The notes beneath the pieces are model-generated. The model was given only the letters and a program-made list of their open reading frames with translations. It was not told the DNA's origin and searched no databases. A stretch of 64,000 nucleotides of DNA from Alphaproteobacteria bacterium. GTDB lineage: Bacteria > Pseudomonadota > Alphaproteobacteria > UBA828. Location of the stretch: NCBI GenBank assembly GCA_965214705.1, contig CBDCCI010000002.1, forward strand, positions 2,784,001 through 2,848,000. The letters run 5' to 3'. Of the stretch, positions 24,794-33,636 are shown in pieces; the first letter of the stretch is position 1; each line of letters starts with the position of its first letter. The position numbers were made by a program, and so were the translations under genes.

Positions 24794-25251
24794 GTCCGCC
24801 CTATCGCTTCGCTACTTGAGGGCGGAAGCCACCGATAAACCCCCTCAAGCTCAAGTGCGCGGAGCGCGAGGTCGCGGATGGGATGCAGGATCGAGCCGGC
24901 GCCGTCCTGGCAATGTAGGACGTGCGCCTCGCCGCCCACGTCGGCCTATAGCCCGAGGTGATAGCGGCGCAGCCGCCGCGCCCCGCGCGCGTACATGAGC
25001 ACGCCGTCGCCGTCCTGCGGCGCGTCCGTCGGCTCGGCATAGTCGGCGCGCAGGGCGGCGATCTGCCGGTCCCACGCGCGCACGCTTGTCGCGCGGGCAC
25101 GCGCGCCGTCGTCGGGTTCGTGCGCCGGGAGCGCGAGCTCGCGCCCGAACTGTTGGCGCAGCACCGCCACAACGAAGTCGGCGCAGTCGTGCTCGCCGGC
25201 AATCCAGGGCCGCCCGATGTAGGCCTCGGCCCAATGTTGAAGTCCCGTCAT
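24790..25251 (-). pseudogene. NlpC/P60-like tail assembly protein (gpK-like) with in-frame TAG at 24946-24948
   Basis: YIGRPW..HDCADFV, then HLGL*ADVGGEAHVLH...EGVYRW in the same frame, ending at a TGA that overlaps the next ATG. Confidence 0.78.
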
Positions 25252-25290
25252 GGCGCCAGTCCAGCGCCGGGCGCGCGGACTCTATTCATT

Positions 25291-25377
25291 TCCCTCAATC
25301 GCCGGGCGCTCGCTCCGCTCGCTTGGCTCCGCGCCTGCGGCGCGCGGCGCTGGCGCGCCGTCCGGGCCTGCGGCCCG
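25291..25377. repeat. Structured intergenic repeat with an inverted copy at 27565-27635
   Basis: Shared exact blocks TCCCTCAATCGC (12 bp) and CGCGCCGTCCGGGCCTGCGGCCCG (24 bp). Confidence 0.8.
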
Positions 25378-25411
25378 GCATCGGTGATCCAAAGACGTGC
25401 GGCTGCCGCGC

Positions 25412-27082
25412 TCAAAACAACCCCGGCGAGGTTTGGGGATCGTGGCGCATGACCACGGCGGCGCGACCGAGCAGCGGGTCGAAGCCGAGCCGCGCGGTCA
25501 CGCGCTCGGCGTCCACTTGCACGCCGGCCACGTCCATCGTGAGCTCCCATTCGACCTCGGGGGCCGAGATGTCGAGCACCTGCATGACGCGCACCGTGGC
25601 GCCGGCGCCGCCGCCCGCCGCTTCCACCCATTGCGTGAGCGCGCGGCCCACGTTGTCGATCGCAAGCTCGGCCTGCGGCGCCTGTCCTTCCACGTCATCG
25701 GCGAGGCGCGCGTCGAAGCGGAGCGCGACGTAGCGGTTGCCTTCGATCGTGCGGTCCTCGGTATCGTTGACGACGCGCACCGGGTCCGGCACCGCCGGGT
25801 GGCGTATCTCAAGCGCGGTGAGCACGCGGCGCTCGGGCGCGCTTTCGCGGATCGTGCGGGCGAAGTGTTCGGAGGCCGGTGGCACGCGGTGGACACGGGC
25901 CGAGACCTGCGGCACGCCGCTTTCGGCAAGGCCACGCACGCGCAGGTGTGCGATGCGCCTGAGCCGGGCGAAGGCCAGCGGCCCGCCGGCGTCGGCCCGG
26001 CCGGCGATGGCATGGGCGTCGATGCGGCGCACGCGGGCGCTCGCCTCGGGCGGGCCTGCGGCGGCGACGCCGCCCGGCGTGTGGATCGTGGGCGTGACGC
26101 GCGCCACCGTGGCGGCGACCTCGGCTGCGCCGGCGGCAGCACTGCCCCGCACTGCGATCGCGGTGATAGCCGGGCGCGCGAACGCCAGGATGAAGCTCTG
26201 CCCATTGTCGATGTCGTTGACGATCGTCAGATCGTCGCCGCCGATCGGGCCGAACTGGACGAAGTGGCCGCCCGCATTCGAGAACGTCGAGGCGGGAAAG
26301 CTGCCGAGGCCGTCGACGGTCTGGACATAGACCGTGAGATCGGCGCCGGCGCCGGCGCTGCCGAAGTGGTCGGCGAGCACGAGCGGCGCGTTGTCGTTAA
26401 TCATGAGGAACGCGCCGTTGCGCCGCCTGATCCGGGTGATGGCGGCCTCGCTCGCGCCGATGCCGAGCTCGCCGTCGAGCAGCGCGCCCACGGTGCCGCG
26501 CGGCGGAACGGCGAAGATGGTGCCGCCCGAGCCGGAGCCGGCGCGGATCAGCGCGAGCAGGTCGAGCTCAAGCCCGGCCGCGTCGAAGTCCGCGAGCGTG
26601 AGCTGCGGCACCCGCGCCACCGTGGCGGCGGCCTCCGCCGCGCCGGCCTCGGCCACGCCCGTTATCGCGGTGGAGGGCTCCACGCCGTCGTCGATGGTGA
26701 AGGTGAAGTTGCCCGCCCGCTCGGCAAACCACGCGGTCATCGCGGTGTTGTTGTCCGGCGTCCAGAAGTAGGGCTCGCTCGGGTCCGCGAAGTCGTTGTC
26801 CGCGTGGCCGGGGCCTTTCAACGTGAAGGTGGCACCGTCGGTGCCGGCGAAGGTGAAGGCCTCGTCGGCGGTTTCGAGCGCGCCGGTGAACTCGGGCCGG
26901 GCGTCGAGCGGCTCGTCGGTCTCGGTCGCCGAAAGCCGAATGCGAACGCTGATGCCGACGCGCTGGATATGGCGCAAATAGGCGACGCCCCCGCCCACGA
27001 CGAAGGCAGGGTCGATCAGGACGGCGCCCTGCCATCCGGTTTCGACCTGAAGGCCGGCAAGTTGGAGGACCTGCCGCGTCAT
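25412..27082 (-). CDS. DUF1833-like tail hub protein with long N-terminal extension
   Basis: C-terminal LEIRHP..PVRVVND..AELAIDNVGRALTQWVE..PQTSPGLF; lies between the Dit-like and NlpC genes. Confidence 0.75.
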   Translation of the reverse strand: MTRQVLQLAGLQVETGWQGAVLIDPAFVVGGGVAYLRHIQRVGISVRIRLSATETDEPLDARPEFTGALETADEAFTFAGTDGATFTLKGPGHADNDFADPSEPYFWTPDNNTAMTAWFAERAGNFTFTIDDGVEPSTAITGVAEAGAAEAAATVARVPQLTLADFDAAGLELDLLALIRAGSGSGGTIFAVPPRGTVGALLDGELGIGASEAAITRIRRRNGAFLMINDNAPLVLADHFGSAGAGADLTVYVQTVDGLGSFPASTFSNAGGHFVQFGPIGGDDLTIVNDIDNGQSFILAFARPAITAIAVRGSAAAGAAEVAATVARVTPTIHTPGGVAAAGPPEASARVRRIDAHAIAGRADAGGPLAFARLRRIAHLRVRGLAESGVPQVSARVHRVPPASEHFARTIRESAPERRVLTALEIRHPAVPDPVRVVNDTEDRTIEGNRYVALRFDARLADDVEGQAPQAELAIDNVGRALTQWVEAAGGGAGATVRVMQVLDISAPEVEWELTMDVAGVQVDAERVTARLGFDPLLGRAAVVMRHDPQTSPGLF

Positions 27083-27132
27083 GCGCCGCCCCGCCGCCCT
27101 CGTTCGCGCCCTACCGCTGCGCTACTTGAGGG

Positions 27133-27528
27133 CTAGATCGTGCCGGCGGGAATGCGCACGACGACGGCGCCCGCCGCCACGCGCAGGATGTCGTCGGTGG
27201 TCTGTTGCGAGATCGTGGCCGGGTTGTTGGCCGCGTCGAGAAGCGGACCCCAGGCGCGCACGGTGCCGCCGGCGGCGGCCGACATGATGGCGAAGTGCGT
27301 GGCGTTCTGGACCAGGCCGGTCGGCGCGAAGTCCACCGCCGCGAGGTTCTTCACCTCGCCGGCCGGGTCGGCGTTCACGCGGCCGAGGTTGATGGCGACC
27401 CGGCCGGCGGCCGCGATCAGGTTGTTGCCCGCCGACGTGGGATCGGCCGTGGCGAGCGCGAGATAATCGTCGCCGGCATTCGCGATGGCGAGCGCCGCCC
27501 GGTTCTGTTCCGCCGCAGAGATAGGCAT
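27133..27528 (-). CDS. Small phage tail-associated protein
   Basis: YLALATADP..N..VDF..THFAIM.AAAGG pattern resembling small virion proteins; tail-module context. Confidence 0.6.
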   Translation of the reverse strand: MPISAAEQNRAALAIANAGDDYLALATADPTSAGNNLIAAAGRVAINLGRVNADPAGEVKNLAAVDFAPTGLVQNATHFAIMSAAAGGTVRAWGPLLDAANNPATISQQTTDDILRVAAGAVVVRIPAGTI

Positions 27529-27647
27529 GGTATCTGGACTCCTTCCGTTGAACATGAGCGGGATCGGGCCGCAGGCCCGGACGGCGCGACTGCGTCGCGC
27601 GGCCACGCGCGCAGGCGCGCGATGCGATTGAGGGAGATGAAGAGTCT

Positions 27648-28022
27648 TCACAGTCTGACGCCCTCAAGGGTGAGCGTGGCGTCCCACGAGCGCCGGCCGT
27701 CGCCGCCGACGTGCGCGGTGTACTCGATCCCGCCGGCGCCGCCGCGCACGCGGGCTTGATGCAGGGCGCCGGTCTCGGGCGCGGTCCAGGCGAACCAGCC
27801 GTGCGCGCAGTCGCCGGCCCACGTGCGGAAGCGCTCATAGTCGTCGTCGTTCGCGATCAGCACGGTAAGGCGCAGCGCGGTGAGCGCGGATGCAAAGCGC
27901 CGCTCCTGGCGGACGAAGCCGTCGTCGAAGGGCGTGCGCGCGACGTTGGGATCGTCGGCGACGCCGTAGCCGTCCGCCTCGACTGCGACGTAATCGGGCC
28001 ACACCAGGCCGCCAGCACTCAT
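27648..28022 (-). CDS. Distal tail protein (Dit/gpM-like)
   Basis: WP....GY..RTPFDDG..RQERRF..WFAW pattern; directly after the tape measure gene. Confidence 0.7.
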   Translation of the reverse strand: MSAGGLVWPDYVAVEADGYGVADDPNVARTPFDDGFVRQERRFASALTALRLTVLIANDDDYERFRTWAGDCAHGWFAWTAPETGALHQARVRGGAGGIEYTAHVGGDGRRSWDATLTLEGVRL

Positions 28023-28828
28023 GCCACTGCGTCCCTCAGTCCGAAGCGGCGCGCGATCGCCTGCGACGCCGGCCCGCCGGCGTCGAGGTCTTGGGTAACG
28101 ATGGTGACGATCAGGCCGCGCGGATCGAGCCGCACCTCGCGGCCCACCTCGCGCTGCGGCGTGCCGCGATTCTCGAAATTGATCTCGATCGAGGGCGCCC
28201 CGCGCGGCACGGTCGCGCCGGAGGCGCGCGGCAAGATAACCTCGCCGCGCTCTGCGATGATCGGCACCTCGCCCGGCCTGAGCCCCGCAATCCCGCCGCC
28301 ATGAAAGCGGGGCGCGAGGGCGAAGACACCGGCCGGCACGGTGCGCGAGACGCCGCCCGAGGCGCCGACCAAGCCGCCCTGGTGGCCGACGCCGGCCTGC
28401 AAGCGGCCAAACAGGTCGGCATCGGGAGCGCTCCCCCCGCCGAAGGCGCCAAACAGGGAATTGGCGAGCGGCTGAACGATAAAGCGGCGCGTCGCGATTC
28501 GGGTGAGATCGGCGATCACGGAATCGACGAAGCCGGAAAACGAGAGCTTGCCCGTGGTGACGAAGCGCGTGAGCGCGGACTCCATTGCGCCGAAGGCGCT
28601 CTCGGCCGCGGTCCTGGCCTGTTCCAGGGTGCTCTCGCTCTCTCGACCCAGGCTGCCGAGCGCCACCGCAAACGTCTGTGTCGAGCCCGCGGCGCCTGAC
28701 AGCGCGGCACCGGCCTTGTCGCCCCGTTGCGCGGTATCCCCGAGGGACCGATTGAGCGCGCCGATCCCCTGCAGCGCCTCTTGCATGTCTGCGCGGACAC
28801 GGAGCGCGAGCTCGAGATCACCGGGCAT
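28019..28828 (-). CDS. Very short tape measure protein
   Basis: N-terminal DLELALRVRAD; lambda-type C-terminal FVTTGKLSF..SVIADL; PRFHGGG..EVPII..GEVIL; follows the tail chaperone. Confidence 0.82.
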   Translation of the reverse strand: MPGDLELALRVRADMQEALQGIGALNRSLGDTAQRGDKAGAALSGAAGSTQTFAVALGSLGRESESTLEQARTAAESAFGAMESALTRFVTTGKLSFSGFVDSVIADLTRIATRRFIVQPLANSLFGAFGGGSAPDADLFGRLQAGVGHQGGLVGASGGVSRTVPAGVFALAPRFHGGGIAGLRPGEVPIIAERGEVILPRASGATVPRGAPSIEINFENRGTPQREVGREVRLDPRGLIVTIVTQDLDAGGPASQAIARRFGLRDAVA

Positions 28829-28899
28829 TAATTGTATCCCTCAATCACCGGACAAAATTTCCGTCGCCGCGCGGAAGAAGAGGACGATCTGCCGCCACG

Positions 28900-29397
28900 T
28901 CAGACGCTCGCTGAGATCGAAGTGGCCGCGTCCGTGGCCGGCGCGGACGAGGGCGTCGAGCACGCGGTAGAGCGGCACGGGCTCTCCGCCCGTGCTTTCG
29001 CCCGTGCTGCTGACTGGGCCACCACGCGGCGCAAAAAAAATCCGCCGTTTGCCGCCCACATCGCGTCCGAGAGGGCGCGGCCGTCGGCATCGCTCAGGCG
29101 GGCAAGCCACGCCGCATCCCGGCTGCTGGCACGAGCGGCAAGCTCCAGCCAGAGAGCGGCGTGGGATGCAAGCGCACTCTCGATCGCCAGGGCGTCCGGT
29201 CCCTCGTCCTCGGCCGCGTCGGGCACCAGCCCCGCCAACGCCGCGATCAACGGCCGCGCAATAGCCGTCGCCTCCAGCCCTTCGCGGAAGCGGTACTCAC
29301 GCACGGTGAGCGAAACTTGCTCGCCCGTATCCGGGTCGTGCACCGTCACATCACGATCCGGGAACAGCACCGCGAGCTCGTCGCCCACTCCCGTCAT
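28900..29397 (-). CDS. Tail assembly chaperone (G); -1 frameshift extension (GT) to 28841
   Basis: LAVLFPDR..LTVREYRF.EGL..WAANGGFFLRR; sits between the tail tube and tape measure genes. Confidence 0.78.
   Translation of the reverse strand: MTGVGDELAVLFPDRDVTVHDPDTGEQVSLTVREYRFREGLEATAIARPLIAALAGLVPDAAEDEGPDALAIESALASHAALWLELAARASSRDAAWLARLSDADGRALSDAMWAANGGFFLRRVVAQSAARAKARAESPCRSTACSTPSSAPATDAATSISASV
29032..29040 (-). other. Programmed -1 frameshift slippery site T TTT TTG
   Basis: GGA TTT TTT TTG on the minus strand; the -1 frame gives LYRVLDALVRAGH..LTWRQIVLFFRAA and ends just before the tape measure RBS. Confidence 0.65.
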
Positions 29398-30284
29398 GTG
29401 GACTGCCCGTCGATGTAGAGCGCGGGCTGCCCGCCGCCTGACTCCAGCATCGAGACGGCGAGGCGGATCTGCTGCTCGGACGAGCGCCCGTCGAGCAGGG
29501 TCAGCCCGCCGGCGGGCTGGATCGAGCAGCGCGGCGCGTAGATGTTCCGCCCCCGGCCCTCGGCGGCATCCTCGATGTAGCGAAACGCGCCGATGACCTG
29601 GCCGAGCGCGCCCTGCACCTGGTCCCGCGCCGTATCGTCCGGCGTATAGTCGATCCCGACCCCGGTACCATCCGCGATGCCGGCCTTCGGCTCATGCAGC
29701 GCGTGGTCTGCCGGCAGCCAGAAGATGCGGGCGCGGGCGTAGTCCACGATGTACTGGCCGGTCTGCTCGGTCTCGCTGGCACCGTCGCCGAAGCGCTCGG
29801 CCGCGATCGCCTGCGCCGCCGTCACCGGTGTCTGTGCCGTCGATGCGACGGTCACGGCACTGATCGCCGCCGCCTTGTTAACTGGCGTATCCAGCCTGAG
29901 AATGCCGGCGGGCCGCGCGGCGCCGCCAAGCTGATACCAGCGGCCAGGCTGGAAGGTCGCAGGCTCGCCCGAGACCTGCGCGGCGGCTCCGAGCCGCCTC
30001 ACCGCGCCAACCGCGAAGAGAGCCAGGTTCTCCAGGCTGATGTCGTGGAGGGTGAGCGTTACCGTGCGGCTGACGCTGCGGGCGATGCGCGCGAGCTCCC
30101 GCGCGACCGGCCCCGAGCCGGAGAAGACCGTGGTCTCCTCGGTGGTGATCTCCAGCGCGGCCCCTACGGCGTCGCCGAGATAGCGCTCGCCCGTCGGTAC
30201 GCCGCCCTCGTGGAGGTCCAGATAGACCTCACCCGCCCCGATCACGATGTTGTCGGTGCGCTTGTCGATGTTTCGCGCGGTCAT
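29394..30284 (-). CDS. Major tail tube protein (non-contractile)
   Basis: IGAGEVYL..ERYLGD..LTLHDISLENLALF; no sheath gene in the operon. Confidence 0.78.
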   Translation of the reverse strand: MTARNIDKRTDNIVIGAGEVYLDLHEGGVPTGERYLGDAVGAALEITTEETTVFSGSGPVARELARIARSVSRTVTLTLHDISLENLALFAVGAVRRLGAAAQVSGEPATFQPGRWYQLGGAARPAGILRLDTPVNKAAAISAVTVASTAQTPVTAAQAIAAERFGDGASETEQTGQYIVDYARARIFWLPADHALHEPKAGIADGTGVGIDYTPDDTARDQVQGALGQVIGAFRYIEDAAEGRGRNIYAPRCSIQPAGGLTLLDGRSSEQQIRLAVSMLESGGGQPALYIDGQST

Positions 30285-30296
30285 TCGCGTATCCCC

Positions 30297-30773
30297 CTAT
30301 TCCGCTTCCACCACGCCGGCGCGGGCGATGCGGCGGATTTCGTATTCGTCGAGCCATTGCAGGCGCCCGTCCTCCAGCGAGACCAACCGCCCGCGGCGGA
30401 AGGACAGCACCTCCCGCTGGCCAGGCGGTGTCCAGCCGGCGAGCGCCTGCCTGGCCTGCGCAAGCAGGGCAGAGAGGCGCCCGCGCCCGCGCGCGCCGCT
30501 GCGGTCGTTGGGTGCCGCCACCATGATCGAGACGCCGATGCGGACGACGTGCTGCACCGGCGGGTTCTCGACCCGGCGCGTCGTGCTCTCCTCCGCTTCG
30601 TCGGAGATGGGCAGGACCAGCGCCGCCGGCGTCTTGGGCCAGGCGGTGAGCGCGGCCGTATCCAGGGCGCTGAGCACGGCGGCGAAGACGGGCGCACGGT
30701 CGTCGGCCACGAGCGCGGTGAGGCGTTCGGCCATGGCGTCGGCGAGGTGCATTTCCAGCGCGGCGAGGGTCAT
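30297..30773 (-). CDS. Tail terminator-like protein (Mu gp37-like position)
   Basis: TPAALV..ARQALAGWTP..G.L......LQWLDEY pattern; position in the operon. Confidence 0.65.
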   Translation of the reverse strand: MTLAALEMHLADAMAERLTALVADDRAPVFAAVLSALDTAALTAWPKTPAALVLPISDEAEESTTRRVENPPVQHVVRIGVSIMVAAPNDRSGARGRGRLSALLAQARQALAGWTPPGQREVLSFRRGRLVSLEDGRLQWLDEYEIRRIARAGVVEAE

Positions 30774-31261
30774 GTCCCCGCCCTCTCAAGCGCGCGCGAG
30801 ACGATGCCCAGGATGTTGGTCCGGTCGTGCTCGTCGATGCCGAGATAGGCGCGCGCCGGGAGCGTCACCCTGCGGCCCCTGCCCGCGCGCCCGCCGAACT
30901 GGTGGATGGCGGCGTAGACGACGTTCGAGCCGACTTCGACCGCGTGGCCGCCGTCGGTGACCGTGTGTGCGATGGAGCCTCGCAGCTGGCCAGTATCGGT
31001 GAGGGTGCGGCCGCCGTCCGCGATGGCGCGGGCGCTTTTCAGCCAGGGCTTGCCGTCGGGCCCGCGCTCACGCTCGAAGCGTCGCAGCGTTGAGGCGACG
31101 AGGTAGCGCCCGATCTGGTCCATGGCAGCGGAAGGGTTGGCAAGCGCCGCTGCCACACGCTCGAGCCCTGCGTCGAGCGCCGCGCCCTCGACTTCCACGC
31201 TGATCCGTTGGGCCACCATCATCGAGCCCTCATGCAGCGAAGCGGTAGGGCCATCATTCAA
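30770..31261 (-). CDS. Phage virion morphogenesis protein (Mu gpG / tail completion S family)
   Basis: RFERERGPDGKPW, LTDTGQLRGSI, VGSNVVYAAIHQFGG and LPARAYLGI; true start may be slightly downstream. Confidence 0.9.
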   Translation of the reverse strand: MNDGPTASLHEGSMMVAQRISVEVEGAALDAGLERVAAALANPSAAMDQIGRYLVASTLRRFERERGPDGKPWLKSARAIADGGRTLTDTGQLRGSIAHTVTDGGHAVEVGSNVVYAAIHQFGGRAGRGRRVTLPARAYLGIDEHDRTNILGIVSRALERAGT

Positions 31262-31659
31262 AGCCCCGCCAGGGTGTCGGGTGTCAGGGACGGCGTGGGG
31301 CCGCCGCGCGCCGCCCTGTCGTGCCGGGGCACCGGGTCGCCGGCGGCGTCGAGAAGTGCCTCCTCACCGGACGCGAGGCGGACAAGGGCCGCCTGCGCCC
31401 GCTCGGCTCTCGCGGTCACCTCCCCCGGCGAGACGTCGTCGTAGAGTGCGCGCCGGGCGAGATCGCAGGCGATTGCCGCGAGCCGCGGCCAGGAGCCCCC
31501 GCCTAGGGGCAGGCGATAGGCGGAGGCGAGCGCGCCGTCGATCTCGGCCGCCGCATCCGCGAGCGCGGCCTCGATCCGCCCGGTCTGCATCCCGGCAAGA
31601 TCCAGCGCCTCCTCCGCTCCGAAGCGCGCCTCCATGTCCGCGCGGGTGGCGTAGGTCAT
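31258..31659 (-). CDS. Mu gp36-like (DUF1320) head-tail adaptor
   Basis: MTYATRADMEARFG, ALADAAAEIDG.L...YRLPL and ACDLARRALY. Confidence 0.88.
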   Translation of the reverse strand: MTYATRADMEARFGAEEALDLAGMQTGRIEAALADAAAEIDGALASAYRLPLGGGSWPRLAAIACDLARRALYDDVSPGEVTARAERAQAALVRLASGEEALLDAAGDPVPRHDRAARGGPTPSLTPDTLAGL

Positions 31660-32648
31660 GTTTCCGCGCGCCTCCCGGCGCGACCCCGCATCTCCCGCAC
31701 TTGGGTGGGAGTGAGAGAGACCTCGAAACGATCTCGGCGGCGATGAACCAAGCGGACGGAGACGCCGTTGATGGTCTCGCGCCGGCCGTCCAGCGCGGGC
31801 TCGCCGAACGCGCGCAGCGTGCCACCACGCCTGCCGCAATCCACGAGGACGAGCCGGCGGACGAACGCCGGTGCGGTCTCGGGCGTCGGCTCCAGGAATG
31901 TCTTTCCAAAGCGGCGCCGCATTTCCCGCCAGGCGACGGTCAGGCCCGCCTCGGGTACCGGCCGAGCCGTCGCTTCGTCCCCCTCTTCCTCCACCTCACC
32001 GTCGGGGCCGAGTCCGGCCCCGGTCAGTGCGCGACGACGCTCGCGCTCATAGACCGCGATGCGTGCCTCCAGCGCGGCCCTCGCCCGTTTGGCCTCCTCC
32101 GGCGTCTCGGTCACGCCGGCGTCGGCCATGGCCTGTTGGCGCCGCGTTTCCTCCGCCCGCTCGCGCTCGATCGCCTGCGTCATGCGGGCGGCGTATTCGC
32201 GGGCGCTGGCCTGGCGGGCGGCAAGCGCGGCCTGCTCGGCGGCCGCGCTCATTCGCTCGCACGCCTCCCGCACCGCCTCCGAGACAGGCGGCTGCGGATA
32301 GTCGATGGTCTCGCGTGGCGTGTAGGCCGGCACCGCCTTGCGCGCGCGGGCGGCGTAGTCGAGCACCGCGAGCAGGGTGACGCTCGGTGTGCCGATGACG
32401 CGCCGCTCGGCGCCCTGCAGCGCGCGCATCTCGGGCACGATCCGCTCGTAGAGGGTGCGGCTCATGGCGTCGCCACGTAGCCACCCGGTCCACGAATCGC
32501 GGATTTGGCAATAGGTGTGGACCATGTTCAGCAGGCGCTCGGCATGCCAGCAGACCTTGCGCTCAGCGTCCGACTGGCGCGGGTCCGCTGGCGAATAGCC
32601 GAGGCCGCACAGGTGGTCCGGTGGGCGAGCGGAAGGGGGTCGCGCCAT
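31656..32648 (-). CDS. Hypothetical coiled-coil-rich protein (alternative start 32465)
   Basis: Fills the gap between capsid and adaptor genes; its stop overlaps the adaptor ATG; no motif recognised. Confidence 0.6.
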   Translation of the reverse strand: MARPPSARPPDHLCGLGYSPADPRQSDAERKVCWHAERLLNMVHTYCQIRDSWTGWLRGDAMSRTLYERIVPEMRALQGAERRVIGTPSVTLLAVLDYAARARKAVPAYTPRETIDYPQPPVSEAVREACERMSAAAEQAALAARQASAREYAARMTQAIERERAEETRRQQAMADAGVTETPEEAKRARAALEARIAVYERERRRALTGAGLGPDGEVEEEGDEATARPVPEAGLTVAWREMRRRFGKTFLEPTPETAPAFVRRLVLVDCGRRGGTLRAFGEPALDGRRETINGVSVRLVHRRRDRFEVSLTPTQVREMRGRAGRRAET

Positions 32649-32651
32649 CGG

Positions 32652-33626
32652 CTAGGACACCGCGTTGCGCCAGAGGTAGCCGGCGCGGCTGTAGGCCACC
32701 AGCTCCTTGACGCACTCGCTGACCTTGACGACGGTCGAGCCACGGTTGACGCCGCGCGCCGGCTCCTCGTAGGTGCCGACCTGCAACCCGCCGAGGGCAT
32801 CGGCGGTCCAGCAGAACTTGGGCATCCGGTCGCGGGACGACGCTATGTCGCGGCGCACGTGGATGGCGCAGGCGTGCTTGCCCCAGAGGCGGGCGAAGCT
32901 GTCCTCCTGGCCGCGCTTGGCGCTCTGATACCAGGCCATGCCGACCAGCACGCGGTCGACCTCGAAGAGCTCGGCCACCGCCTCCTTCACGACGATGCCG
33001 GAGGCCTGGTCGCCGGCGCCGGTGGCAGCCACCGCTTCCACGATCTTCGGATGCTGGCGGAGCGCGGTCCACACCTTTTGGCCGAAAACCAGCACGTTGG
33101 GGCGGACGAGAGGCACGTCGAGAGCCTCCAGGATCGCCTTTCGCGGGTTCGAGCTGGCGTGGCTCCACTGGGCGTTGCCGTTGAGCGTGGCGGAGTGGCC
33201 CGCCGCGTAGCTGGACGCGGTTGTCACCAAGTCGGCCACGCGCCGCTCGCGCGCGAGCTTCACCAGTTCGGCGGTGGAGATTGCGGCCTGCTCCAGCGGG
33301 TCGTAGGCGACCTCCTGAGCGCGCGCTTCCTCGATGTCGCGGGAGGGGACCGGATCTTCCAGGCCGTAATCGACGACGCTCGCGGTGGTGTTTGTGGCTC
33401 CGAACTCGACCTGATTGAGGCGCCCGGCTCGGGAGGCCCGCACGTCCGGGATGGTGAGCAGGTCCTCCTCGGTGAGCGTGGTGTAGGTGAACTTGTAGCC
33501 GGTGCGGACGCGCGGGCAGACCTCGTCGGCGATCAGGCCGGACGGCATCGCCGCCTGCGCGATCTGCGTGAGCCGGGTCTGGACCTCGTAGGGGCCAGAA
33601 GCGAGCTGGGTGGTGTGCAGATCCAT
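32652..33626 (-). CDS. Major capsid protein
   Basis: 324 aa after the protease and decoration genes; LIADEVCPRV, RPNVLVFGQKVW..LRQHPKI and WGKH motifs; GAGGGA RBS. Confidence 0.85.
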   Translation of the reverse strand: MDLHTTQLASGPYEVQTRLTQIAQAAMPSGLIADEVCPRVRTGYKFTYTTLTEEDLLTIPDVRASRAGRLNQVEFGATNTTASVVDYGLEDPVPSRDIEEARAQEVAYDPLEQAAISTAELVKLARERRVADLVTTASSYAAGHSATLNGNAQWSHASSNPRKAILEALDVPLVRPNVLVFGQKVWTALRQHPKIVEAVAATGAGDQASGIVVKEAVAELFEVDRVLVGMAWYQSAKRGQEDSFARLWGKHACAIHVRRDIASSRDRMPKFCWTADALGGLQVGTYEEPARGVNRGSTVVKVSECVKELVAYSRAGYLWRNAVS

Positions 33627-33636
33627 GGTGATTCCC

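Noticed and set aside
24554-24826. CRISPR array suggested by three nearby similar repeats
   Set aside because: Irregular spacing, mixed orientation, variable stems and no cas genes.
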